DNA from: Syntrophaceae bacterium
Lineage (GTDB): Bacteria; Desulfobacterota; BSN033; UBA1163
Reading direction: 5' to 3'
Length of the DNA stretch: 64,000 bases
Assembly (NCBI GenBank): GCA_013388635.1
Contig: JACAEX010000020.1
Location: 5,826-69,825 of the forward strand
A program made the translations under genes and the position numbers. How positions within the stretch are numbered: position 1 is the first letter of the stretch; each line of letters opens with the position of its first letter. Of this stretch, positions 49,501-58,695 are shown piece after piece. A model generated the notes under the pieces. That model made no database searches. It had not been told where the DNA came from and saw nothing but the letters and a program-made list of their open reading frames with translations.

Positions 49501-51405
49501 TCAATTCGGCCTCGTATGACTTAATAGCTCCTTCACCGCTTCTCTGATCTCATCGTCTTCTGTCTGATCGAGGACGATCTTATATGACTTTTTGGCCTCC
49601 TCATACCTTCCCCTCTTTTTCTGGAGATTACCGATCTCCATATAGGTCAAGGAGAACCATATCGATGTCTCCTTTAAATACCTGGCAGCATTTTCAAAGC
49701 TCACAAGTGCCTTCTCGTATTTACCCTGCTGGTAGAAAATTTCGCCCAGGGCGAAAGCGGCTTGACCAAGCAACTCCAGCCCATTGCCTTTCAGGACCAT
49801 GGAGTAGAAGGAGATCGCCTCCACCAAATTTCTTCTCCTGAAATGGGCATTCCCCAATTGAAATGCGGCGTAATAGAAGAGTGGGTGGCCGGGGAAATCA
49901 CGGATGACCCTCTGCAAGGCAGTCTCAGCCCTCTCATGCTCATCGCGGAAATGATAAATTTGACTGGCTTGCATGAGTGCAAAGAGCTGCCAGTGGCTAG
50001 TCCGGCTCCGTTTGGCGATGAGATCGTAGCTCTCCAGGGCCTGTTCCAGATTTCCAAGTCTGAGGAGGCACTCCGCTTTCATGAATAGGGACTCGTCACT
50101 GAATGAGGAGTTAGGAAATTCAAGCAAAAGTATATCCAAGTTGGTCATCGCCTCTCTGAATTTGTTTTCAAGAAAATATCCTTTCCCGATCTGGAAGAGG
50201 GCCTTTTCTCTGAATTTGGTATCGAGAACCGTGAAATAATAGGGGAGCGAATCCGTTATTCTACCCTCTGAGAAAATCACCTGCGCGTTTAACCATTGGA
50301 TGAATATCTTTTCTTCTTCATAAGAGCCCAGTTTCTGAAGCCTCTGAAAGACCCGATTGGCCCCTTCTCTATCGCCCAAATGAATATAGTCCCAAAAAAG
50401 CGCGAGGGCCGTGATTCCGGCGAGGCGATTTGCTTTCGGCCCATCGAGAATGGGATTTAATTCTTTCACAGAAGAAGAATAATCGCCACGGATCAACTCT
50501 ATTTCTCCCAATAAATAATGGGCATGGGACATCAATGGAGAATCCTTAAACTCTTTTCGAAATGACTGAAAGATCTCGATCGATTCCTTAATATTTCCTA
50601 AACGATAGTTGCAGAAACCCAGCCTCCAGGAGACGGCCGAGACCAGCGGATCATCTTTAAATCGTTCATAAAATGTCCTGTAATGTTGTCGGGCCTCCTC
50701 AAACCTGCCCAGTTTCAGGTATGACTCTCCAAGCCAGAATAAAGCCTGCTTTGCGTATTCCTTCGGGATAGTTTCAGCCCCCCCCCATACCCCTCTAAAA
50801 CAGCTGAGGGCGGCCTCGTACTCTTTCTTCTTCAATGAGAGAACCCCGAGCCAGAAGACGGAGCGGCGGATGAATTGGTCATTTTTCGAGAGGAGCGAAA
50901 CCTTTCTAAAAGAAGATTCAGCCTCAGCAAATCTACTCGATCCGAGCTCAAGAAGCCCCAGTAAGTAGTAGGAGTAGTCGATCCAATCAAACCTTGGGAA
51001 TTCCTTGATCGCGAGATGAAGGAGTCTTCTCGCCTGCTCTCCATTGCCCAAACTCATCTCGATCGTCGCCAGCCAGAAAAGGGCATAGTCCATCTGCTCA
51101 AAGTTCTTACCTTCATGGACAATTCTTGAAAAGACCAGTCTGGCCTCTCTCAGCTTCCGCTTATTCATCAGTGTTTTACCCAAAAGGTAAGAGACGTCCC
51201 ATACCTTTTTATGATTCGGATAATCTCTGATAAATTGTGAGAACTGCTTCTCCGAAATATCGTAGAAGCCATCGTGATAGGCTCCGATTCCAACCCTTAA
51301 CAGTTTCTCTTCCTCAGTGATGCCTTTTGAATACATTTTTGGAGGAGCCAAGATCCCGAAAACCAAAAGCCCAACAATCCCATATAGAATGGTCTTCTTT
51401 TTCAT
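49501..51405 (-). CDS. exported multi-TPR protein (BamD/CpoB-like repeats)
   Basis: Signal peptide followed by about 15 TPR-like repeats (ALFWLG, YP/FP turns). Confidence 0.8.
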   Translation of the reverse strand: MKKKTILYGIVGLLVFGILAPPKMYSKGITEEEKLLRVGIGAYHDGFYDISEKQFSQFIRDYPNHKKVWDVSYLLGKTLMNKRKLREARLVFSRIVHEGKNFEQMDYALFWLATIEMSLGNGEQARRLLHLAIKEFPRFDWIDYSYYLLGLLELGSSRFAEAESSFRKVSLLSKNDQFIRRSVFWLGVLSLKKKEYEAALSCFRGVWGGAETIPKEYAKQALFWLGESYLKLGRFEEARQHYRTFYERFKDDPLVSAVSWRLGFCNYRLGNIKESIEIFQSFRKEFKDSPLMSHAHYLLGEIELIRGDYSSSVKELNPILDGPKANRLAGITALALFWDYIHLGDREGANRVFQRLQKLGSYEEEKIFIQWLNAQVIFSEGRITDSLPYYFTVLDTKFREKALFQIGKGYFLENKFREAMTNLDILLLEFPNSSFSDESLFMKAECLLRLGNLEQALESYDLIAKRSRTSHWQLFALMQASQIYHFRDEHERAETALQRVIRDFPGHPLFYYAAFQLGNAHFRRRNLVEAISFYSMVLKGNGLELLGQAAFALGEIFYQQGKYEKALVSFENAARYLKETSIWFSLTYMEIGNLQKKRGRYEEAKKSYKIVLDQTEDDEIREAVKELLSHTRPN

Positions 51406-51406
51406 C

Positions 51407-52003
51407 TCAATGAGGTTCGGTTCTTTTCTTCAGTCGGTCAAGCTCTTCGGGTGTATTCACATTGATAAAAGACTCTTTCCTTGGATCTAAAGAGAGAAAC
51501 TGCTGTTCTTCAATCACCCTGACCTTTACCATCGGATAGAGGTCAATGATCTTGGACCTTCCTTGCTCGATGATCTTTTTCATCGGCTCTAAGCAGTTCT
51601 TAGAGTAGATCGCGTGCAGGGGCTCAAGGCCATCACTGGTTCGAGGGACGACAACATCGTGGCCATCGATATTGTCAATGAGATAAGTGATCACAGATTC
51701 CTTGAGGAAAGGCATGTCGCAGGCAACGCAGAATGAGAAAAAAAACGATGAAAAAAAAAGTCCGGTGTAGAGCCCAGCCAGAGCGCCGCGATTCGGGATG
51801 AGGTCAGCATAAACCTTGGCATTCAAATTCGAATATGGCTCGCCTTCATCTGCAACGATTATGACTTCTCGGAAGAGCCTTTCAAATAGGGCATGAATTC
51901 TTTGGATGATCGGTACTCCATCGATCGGGATAAGGGCCTTGTTTTGTCCCATTCGGGTGTTTTTGCCGCCCGAAAGGATGATCCCCGTGATATTCCTCGT
52001 CAT
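51407..52003 (-). CDS. mobA: molybdenum cofactor guanylyltransferase
   Basis: ILSGGKNTRMGQNKA, ACDMPF, EPLHAIY, NVNTPEE. Confidence 0.92.
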   Translation of the reverse strand: MTRNITGIILSGGKNTRMGQNKALIPIDGVPIIQRIHALFERLFREVIIVADEGEPYSNLNAKVYADLIPNRGALAGLYTGLFFSSFFFSFCVACDMPFLKESVITYLIDNIDGHDVVVPRTSDGLEPLHAIYSKNCLEPMKKIIEQGRSKIIDLYPMVKVRVIEEQQFLSLDPRKESFINVNTPEELDRLKKRTEPH

Positions 52004-52041
52004 AGGTATTGTCTGATAAGATATATTATGTTAACTTCAGT

Positions 52042-53148
52042 CTATTTCTCCGCCCGGAAGAACCTTTTCCACCCCTCACCCTCCTTCTCCTTCTTCATAC
52101 TTATCTCTTCGAACTCCCGGAGGATCTCCTCTTGCCTTTTTGTCAAATTCTTAGGCGTTTTCACAATAACCTGGACCACCTGATCTCCTCGACCCGATCC
52201 TTTAAGCCTTGGAAAGCCTTCTCCCTTGATCTTAAACACATCGCCAGTTTCAGTACCTCTCGGGATGGTTAGAGTTCGTTTTCCATTCAAGGTTGGTACC
52301 TCTATTTCGGCTCCGAGCGCGGCTTGGGTAAAAGCAATCGGAACCTGACAGACAATATCGTCTCCATCCCTTGAGAAGAAGTCGTGAGGTTCAACATAAA
52401 GAAAGACGAAGAGGTCACCCGGCGGTCCGCCTCGCTCGCCCTCCTCTCCCTCTCCCCGAATTCTCAATTTTGAGCCTGTGTCAACTCCCGGGGGTATCTT
52501 TAATTGGATCTTCCGTTTTGTCTTCACCTTGCCCACGCCGCGACACTCTTTGCAGGGATGCGAGATCACCCTTCCTTCACCGCGGCAGTGGCCGCACGTG
52601 GTGCTGATCGTAAAAAAGCCCTGTGATCGGGTGACCTGACCTGTCCCCCTGCAGGCTGGACAGGTTGTCGGTTGTGTTCCTGGTTTAGCGCCTGTTCCAT
52701 TGCAGACCTCACAGGACACTGTCTTGGGAATCTCAATCTCAGTGTCTTTCCCGAACGCAGCGTCATAAAAAGAGATTGTTAGATCATATCTCAGGTCAGC
52801 ACCAGGACGTGCCCTTGTCCTTCGTCTGGAGTAAGTGGTCCCGAATCCAAAAAAGTCCTCGAATATATCTCCAAAGGCTGAAAAGATGTCATCAAATCCT
52901 CTAAAACCCGTAAAGCCGGTGCCCTTCAGACCTTCAATCCCGTAATGGTCGTAGATCCGCCTTTTTTCCGGGTCCCTGAGCACTTCGTACGCCTCTGAAG
53001 CCAGCTTAAATTTTTCCTCGGCATCCTTGTCCCCCGGATTCCTATCCGGGTGGTATTGCATTGCAATCCTCCGATAGCTCCTCTTAATCTCTTCTTCAGA
53101 GGCATCCCTTGAGACACCGAGAATCCTGTAGTAGTCTTTATCTTCCAT
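52042..53148 (-). CDS. dnaJ: class A DnaJ chaperone
   Basis: DYY.ILGV, HPD, G/F region, four CxxCxGxG; start ATG 53148. Confidence 0.95.
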   Translation of the reverse strand: MEDKDYYRILGVSRDASEEEIKRSYRRIAMQYHPDRNPGDKDAEEKFKLASEAYEVLRDPEKRRIYDHYGIEGLKGTGFTGFRGFDDIFSAFGDIFEDFFGFGTTYSRRRTRARPGADLRYDLTISFYDAAFGKDTEIEIPKTVSCEVCNGTGAKPGTQPTTCPACRGTGQVTRSQGFFTISTTCGHCRGEGRVISHPCKECRGVGKVKTKRKIQLKIPPGVDTGSKLRIRGEGEEGERGGPPGDLFVFLYVEPHDFFSRDGDDIVCQVPIAFTQAALGAEIEVPTLNGKRTLTIPRGTETGDVFKIKGEGFPRLKGSGRGDQVVQVIVKTPKNLTKRQEEILREFEEISMKKEKEGEGWKRFFRAEK

Positions 53149-53173
53149 AGACGCCGCTAAAACCTGACAAAAA

Positions 53174-53240
53174 AGATAAGGGGCTCGGGAGATAGGGATA
53201 AACAAATCTTTTTTCCTCTTCACCCCATCTCCGATGCTCC
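53174..53240. repeat. about 67-bp palindromic repeat, inverted copy of 30544-30610
   Basis: Reverse complement ggagcatcggagatggggtgaagagga..tccctatc..ccccttatct aligns with 30544-30610. Confidence 0.65.
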
Positions 53241-53299
53241 TCATGCGAACTCGCAAGAGGGGCTTCGTAAGCTAAACTCAATTGCGAAACCATTTGAAC

Positions 53300-53638
53300 C
53301 TACTTGTTGTATTCCTCAAGGATCTTTCCTGTCCTGCCTTTCTCCACGATCTCATCTAACTTGGGGCCCAGGTCTATACCCATCTCCCTCATCCTCTTTT
53401 TGGCCCAGAGCCCCACATTTCTTGAGTCTCTGTAGAAATCTTCTCCCCTTGGCTTTGACGTATCGAAGTTGGCCAAACGGGATTCTTCTGTCTGATGAAC
53501 ACGGAAAGAAGATAATAATTTCGTAAGGTTAGAGCTATTACAGAATTTACATTTGACTTCTTTAACCTGCCTGATACTGAGAAACAACTCGCTGAATTCC
53601 CGGCCGCATTGATTGCATCGATACTCATAAATCGGCAT
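53300..53638 (-). CDS. FmdB-family zinc-ribbon protein
   Basis: MPIYEYRCNQCG...CKFCNS..LTKLLS. Confidence 0.88.
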   Translation of the reverse strand: MPIYEYRCNQCGREFSELFLSIRQVKEVKCKFCNSSNLTKLLSSFRVHQTEESRLANFDTSKPRGEDFYRDSRNVGLWAKKRMREMGIDLGPKLDEIVEKGRTGKILEEYNK

Positions 53639-53679
53639 ACTTATTTCTCCCCTGGAATTCAGACACCGGACTTCAGACT

Positions 53680-54045
53680 TTAGACGCCAGACTTTTCAAT
53701 ATAGGAAATTAACCCTTGCAGTGTTCTCGAACCTTCTTGAGCTTTTGCCCATAATTCTTCATATATATGGATGTCTAAGTATCAGAATTCCTTTGTAAAT
53801 CTGATGTAGTAATTCAATTCTGCTAACGATGACATAGCAATATATAAAAATTGTAAGTATTCATTCCTATTCTTCCTGGCTGAGCCCTCCACGATATTTG
53901 CTGGCACTGATACAGCAGCTCTTCTCATCTGAGATGTCAAACCCCAAATTTCACTCTTTGGAAATTCTTTCGTAGCCTTGTATACCAAGAGTGCCAATTC
54001 ATCAGCTAATTTCCATGCCTTTATTTTTGTGTAATCTCTGGCCAT
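53680..54045 (-). pseudogene. four-helix-bundle (23S rRNA IVP-like) protein with internal TGA
   Basis: FPKSEIWGLTSQMRRAAVSVPANIVEG; frame continues past TGA (53782-53784) as YLDIHIYEEL..SRTLQGLI to TAA at 53680. Confidence 0.8.
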
Positions 54046-54103
54046 TTCTTCCCCTTTAGTCCAATGTCTGAAGTCTATGGTCTAATGTCTGAATCACAGA
54101 TAG

Positions 54104-54346
54104 TTATTTCCCTTTCCCCTTTGACCTCTTCTTCGCCCCCTTCTTTTTTCCCTCTGATTGTTCTTCTTTTTTTGATTCCCCCTCCTCGACGTTAACCATT
54201 AACTCTTCACCCGGATTGTACAGCTTATCACTTACATCCGGCAACTTGGAAAGATAGGTCTCGTAATCCTTTTGAGTGATGATTCCCATTTTGATATTTC
54301 TCTCAATATTTCTCTTATCAAATTTCTTTCCTTCGTCGGTATGCAT
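54104..54346 (-). CDS. small hypothetical protein with Lys-rich tail
   Basis: AAGGAG RBS before ATG 54346; FDKRNIERNI..GIIT.KDY..YL.KLPDV. Confidence 0.65.
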   Translation of the reverse strand: MHTDEGKKFDKRNIERNIKMGIITQKDYETYLSKLPDVSDKLYNPGEELMVNVEEGESKKEEQSEGKKKGAKKRSKGKGK

Positions 54347-54458
54347 AGCAATCTCCTTGGCGCATATCATAAAAAGAGATAGCATAAAACAGAGAGTCCT
54401 TCAAGATGTTTTGTAACCTACTAAAATAAAAAGAAAATTCATTTTAGTAGAATTTCTT

Positions 54459-54500
54459 TGTACAAAATTGTTGACACAATTTAAAAATATTTATAATAAT
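54459..54500 (+). promoter_or_regulatory. sigma70-like promoter with overlapping operator (copy 1)
   Basis: TGTACAAAATTGTTGACA-N15-TATAATAAT. Confidence 0.6.
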
Positions 54501-54518
54501 GGCATTACTTATTTCTGT

Positions 54519-54595
54519 AACCCCTTCTGTTCCCCCCTTTATAACTCCCCCTTCTCCCTCTTAATTTAAGAGGGGGAGAGTGGAGGGGGCGTTAG
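54519..54595. repeat. GC-rich REP-like hairpin
   Basis: ctcccccttctccctctta-att-taagagggggagagtggaggggg. Confidence 0.55.
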
Positions 54596-54617
54596 ATTGG
54601 GGGATGAAAGGGCTTAA

Positions 54618-55056
54618 TATTGCTTGATCGGAGACCTTGCGGTGAATGCTTATGTTGAATCTGTCGTGAGTCTGGATTTAGATATTGTAGCTGCTGTGGA
54701 GAGAATTGGGGCGATTTGCAAGGCGGCCAGAGAAAAGGGGTTGAGGGTTGAAGAGTTCGAGCGTAGCGTGAACATTACCAGCGAGAGTTCTGACCTTCGG
54801 ATCCAACTTCAGATCGACCTGCGCTACCAGACGTTTATTTCAATGGCTGAAGACAGGGAAGTACCGGGATATAAGATGAAAGTGGCCCCCCCTTAAAGAC
54901 GTATTGGAGGACAATATATGGGCCTATATGGATAAGACGAGGCGAAGAAGCAAGCGGCAGAAAGACTTGGCTGATATTTTACGGATCATAGAGGCGTATC
55001 CAGAACTTAAGGGATCACTCCCACAAAGCCTTCAGGAGGAACTGGATAGAAAATAG
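54618..55056 (+). pseudogene. nucleotidyltransferase-fold gene remnant (5' truncated, frameshifted)
   Basis: YCLIGDLAVNAY..SLDLD; +1 shift in the C7 run (54886-54892); continues LKDVLEDNIWAY..SKRQKDLADI to TAG 55056; in-frame TAA directly upstream. Confidence 0.7.
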
Positions 55057-55127
55057 GACTTGAGCGAGAACTCAAGGGTGGGAAAACCTGCTTGGTTTAA
55101 GGGCAGGACATTGTACCTGACATTGCG

Positions 55128-55169
55128 TGTACAAAATTGTTGACATATTTTTTAATTCTCTATAATAAT
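55128..55169 (+). promoter_or_regulatory. sigma70-like promoter with overlapping operator (copy 2), upstream of the ketosynthase
   Basis: Identical 18-mer TGTACAAAATTGTTGACA, N15, TATAATAAT. Confidence 0.65.
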
Positions 55170-55254
55170 TAACGTCAACCATTGCCCAGGTTTCGATGAT
55201 AATGGGTAAAAAGGCTGTATTCATTTGGACTTAGTGAAAAGAGTGTGTAGGCCA

Positions 55255-56493
55255 ATGGAAACAAGAAGAGTGGTTATAACGGGGATGGGGGTTGTTGCCC
55301 CCAATGGTATTGGAATAGAAAATTTTTGGGATTCTTTAGTCAACGGACGATCTGGAATTCGAAGAATTACCCGTTTTGATCCCTCCTCCTATTCTTCACA
55401 AATTGCAGGAGAAGTGCAAGATTTTGACCCAACTAATTATATGGAACCAAAAACCGCAAAGAGATTGAGCAGGTTCGCTCAATTTGCATTAGCCGCTGCT
55501 CGAATGGCGGTGGGGGATTCTGATATTATTCTTGATCAAGAAGATCCTTATAACGTTGGAGTTTTTGTTGGAACTGCAATTGGCGGGTTGGATATTTTTG
55601 AGACTCAGCATTCTATTTTCATGGAAAAGGGCGTAAAGAGAATTAACCCGTTTTCAATGGTTTCGTGTTCAACCCATTCCGCAAGTGCAGTTATTGCTTG
55701 TGAGCTTAGTCTAAGAGGAATCAATACGACCATTTCTTCAGGGTGTAATACGGGATTGGATACAGTCTATTCAGCTTTTAACTCAATCCGTGTTGGAGAT
55801 GCAGATATAATCGTTGTTAGTGCGGGGGAGGCCCCTCTTACCCCTCTTATCCATGGGATATTTTGTGCCACCGGGTATATATCACGCCGAAACGGAGAAC
55901 CCCAAAAGGCTTTAAGACCATACGATTCAGATGCTGATGGAATAGTCTTAGGTGAAGGTGGTGCCTGTGTTATCATAGAGGAACTTAATCACGCAATAAA
56001 AAGAAATGCAAAAATTTATGCTGAGATAATAAGCTATTCTGCCTTGAACGAAGCATTCGATCTTTTGGAGGTCGATAATAATGAAGAAACAATGGCTTTG
56101 AATTTGAGAAGGCTTTTGGAAAAGGGGCGCATTGATACTGCCGAGATTGATTATATCAGTGCCCACGGAAACGGCATAGTTTCTTATGATATTATAGAGA
56201 CCAATGCCATTAAGCGAGTGTTCGGAAATTTAGCATACAACATTCCGGTCACATCGATAAAACCTGTTACTAGCCACTCAATTTCAGCTACAGGCATATG
56301 GCAGATTATTACCTCTCTTTTGGCAATGAAAACTAGCACTATTCCCCCTACTATTAATATTTTGAATCCCAATCCCAAGTGTGATCTTAACTATTTGCCG
56401 AATGGTTTTCTAAGAAAAGAGGTTCGAACTGCAATTATCAATACACATGGATTTGGCGGCAGGTTAACAGCAATTGCCCTAAAAAAATTTTAG
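55255..56493 (+). CDS. stand-alone beta-ketoacyl synthase (FabF/KS-alpha-like)
   Basis: RRVVITGMG, SSGCNTG (Cys), SAHGNG (His), IKPVTSH (Lys/His), GFGG; start ATG 55255. Confidence 0.9.
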   Translation: METRRVVITGMGVVAPNGIGIENFWDSLVNGRSGIRRITRFDPSSYSSQIAGEVQDFDPTNYMEPKTAKRLSRFAQFALAAARMAVGDSDIILDQEDPYNVGVFVGTAIGGLDIFETQHSIFMEKGVKRINPFSMVSCSTHSASAVIACELSLRGINTTISSGCNTGLDTVYSAFNSIRVGDADIIVVSAGEAPLTPLIHGIFCATGYISRRNGEPQKALRPYDSDADGIVLGEGGACVIIEELNHAIKRNAKIYAEIISYSALNEAFDLLEVDNNEETMALNLRRLLEKGRIDTAEIDYISAHGNGIVSYDIIETNAIKRVFGNLAYNIPVTSIKPVTSHSISATGIWQIITSLLAMKTSTIPPTINILNPNPKCDLNYLPNGFLRKEVRTAIINTHGFGGRLTAIALKKF

Positions 56494-56517
56494 CTGACGT
56501 ATCCCAGTCCCCTGATA

Positions 56518-58695
56518 ATGATCAACCTGAGTATCACAAACATTGTTTTATGGGTAGCGTTTTTATTAAATTTGGCCTTGGGCTTCTTGGTCTATCTAAA
56601 AGAACCCAAGAGAAGTGTTAATATTTCCTTTTCCATATGCACTTGGGCATTATCGGGCTGGATATTAGGTGTGTCAATGTTTTTTCTATTTAAAGACCCC
56701 ACGCCCAGGTTATTTTGGGCTAGGATGACTTTTTTCTCAGCAAGTATTATTCCTTCTGCCTTTTTCTATTTTTCGTTAATTTTCCCACAAGAAAAACGTA
56801 CCATTACCCCGTCAAAGATATTACTTATTTTTTCCCCAGCCTTAATGTTCGCTATCGCCTCTTTGACAAAATTGATGGTTCATTCTGCTCGTTGGGATAC
56901 TTTGACTATGAATTATGGTGTGGCTCATAAGTTTTTTTCAGTTTATTTGCTTGCAGGGATGTTCGGAGGAATTTTCTTTCTTATAAAGTCGTATAGAAAT
57001 TCAGTAGGGTTGAAACGTATTCAGATTAAGTATTGTTTGTCAGGGTTGCTTATAATGACTATTTTTGGCATTAGTTTTAATCTTATCATTCCCATGATTA
57101 GCTCATCGCGGTTCAGTTATTTAGGGCCTGTTTCGTCAATCATCATGGTGAGCTTTATTAGCTATGCAATTGTTAGACACCGGTTGATGGACATTAATAT
57201 CGTCTTTAAAAAAGGGACGACTTATGTTCTTTTGATATTGCTCTTTTTAGTGCCCTCTGCCATATTGATCGTGATCTTTCAAAAGCTCTTTTTTAAAGAG
57301 ATTAACTATCTTTTTTCTGTCATCATTTTATCGCTCCTCTTTGTGGTTGCTCGCTTGTTTCACGAAATCAAACCAGGTGCAGAAAAGGCAGTGGAGTATG
57401 TTCTCTTTAGAAATAAATACGACTATCGGGAGACCCTGGGAAAATTCGGCAGGGCCATGGTCTCCATCCTCGATTTGCAATCTCTGTCCCGGAGGATTAT
57501 TGATACGATCGCCCAGACGATGGGGGTTGAGAAGGCATCGCTATTCCTGTTGAATGAAGAAAAGGGAGGGTTCGTTCTAAAGGAATCGAGAAACGTGGAG
57601 ATGGAGCTACCCACTCCAATGCTTCAAAAGGGAGACCCCCTGCCCCATTATTTACAGAGGATCGAGGAAATCATAGTCAGGGAAGAGCTGATGAAGGGAG
57701 CACATATCCCCGAATTAAAGAAGGTGGTTGACCAGATGTCTCTTTTAGAAGCAGAGGTCAGCATCCCCCTGCTTTCAAAAGGCCGTTTGATCGGGTTCAT
57801 TAACCTGAGTCATAAATTCAATAAGGACATCTATTCGCACGAAGATATTGAGTTGCTGACCACACTGGCCTTTCAGACCTCAATCGCAATCGAGAACGCA
57901 AGGCTCTATGAGGATTTGAAAAAATCGAAATCGTATATGCGCAGGGCGGACCGTCTGGCTTCTTTGGGAACCCTTGCGACCGGCCTGGCCCATGAGATCC
58001 GTAACCCGCTGGTCGCCATTAAGACCTTCACCCAATTGCTTCCGGACCGCCTCGATGACGAAGAGTTTAGAAACCATTTTCTTAACGTCGCCTCCTCAGA
58101 GGTCGATCGAATCTCATCGCTGATCACCGAACTTCTCGACTTCGCAAAACCATCCGAGCCAAAGCTCGAACTTGAAGATATCAACAGTATCTTAGATGGG
58201 ATGCTCCTTTTGATTTCGACTGAGACGAAGAAGAAGGAAATCAGTGTCGTTAAAAACTATACCCCAAACTTACCACTGGTCAAGGTTGACCGGGAACAGA
58301 TCAAACAGGTCTTCTTGAATATCTTGCTCAATGCCATCGACGCAACGCCCATAAAAGGTCGGATCAGCGTGACCACACGCTCGTTTATAAAGCCTCATGG
58401 GGAGCCCTATCTCCAGATCGAATTTACGGACACGGGATGTGGCATCCCACCAGAACATCTGGAGGAGATCTTCACCCCATTCTTTTCGACCAAGGATAAA
58501 GGAAGTGGATTGGGGTTAGCGATCTGCCATCAGATCATCCAGGACCATAATGGATATATTGATGTGGAGAGCGAGTTGAACAGAGGGACGTCTTTCTATA
58601 TCAATTTACCACTACAAGAGGCGTACACGAAAGAGAAAAAAGAAGACTTTATTAGAGAACACCGTGAAGGGTTCGATTCTGTTGAATCAGCATGA
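56518..58695 (+). CDS. sensor histidine kinase with multi-TM (HisKA_7TM-like) input, GAF, HisKA and HATPase domains
   Basis: About 9 hydrophobic helices with YAIVRHRLMDI, GAF ending AIENARLY, AHEIRNPL, NAIDA, DTGCGI, GSGLGL. Confidence 0.9.
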   Translation: MINLSITNIVLWVAFLLNLALGFLVYLKEPKRSVNISFSICTWALSGWILGVSMFFLFKDPTPRLFWARMTFFSASIIPSAFFYFSLIFPQEKRTITPSKILLIFSPALMFAIASLTKLMVHSARWDTLTMNYGVAHKFFSVYLLAGMFGGIFFLIKSYRNSVGLKRIQIKYCLSGLLIMTIFGISFNLIIPMISSSRFSYLGPVSSIIMVSFISYAIVRHRLMDINIVFKKGTTYVLLILLFLVPSAILIVIFQKLFFKEINYLFSVIILSLLFVVARLFHEIKPGAEKAVEYVLFRNKYDYRETLGKFGRAMVSILDLQSLSRRIIDTIAQTMGVEKASLFLLNEEKGGFVLKESRNVEMELPTPMLQKGDPLPHYLQRIEEIIVREELMKGAHIPELKKVVDQMSLLEAEVSIPLLSKGRLIGFINLSHKFNKDIYSHEDIELLTTLAFQTSIAIENARLYEDLKKSKSYMRRADRLASLGTLATGLAHEIRNPLVAIKTFTQLLPDRLDDEEFRNHFLNVASSEVDRISSLITELLDFAKPSEPKLELEDINSILDGMLLLISTETKKKEISVVKNYTPNLPLVKVDREQIKQVFLNILLNAIDATPIKGRISVTTRSFIKPHGEPYLQIEFTDTGCGIPPEHLEEIFTPFFSTKDKGSGLGLAICHQIIQDHNGYIDVESELNRGTSFYINLPLQEAYTKEKKEDFIREHREGFDSVESA

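Noticed and set aside
53149..53299. CIRCE or other heat-shock element upstream of dnaJ
   Set aside because: No TTAGCACTC-N9-GAGTGCTAA; the hairpins belong to a repeat family
53782..53784. TGA read-through (Sec or Gly recoding) in the four-helix-bundle gene
   Set aside because: Many genes here end in TGA and the position is not a Cys site; a GGA-to-TGA mutation or sequencing error is simpler
53680..54045. Diversity-generating retroelement (the protein fold is related to Avd)
   Set aside because: No reverse transcriptase or TR/VR pair seen in the window
55255..56493. Type II PKS cluster or housekeeping fab operon
   Set aside because: No CLF, ACP, cyclase, fabG or fabD nearby; a housekeeping role elsewhere cannot be fully excluded
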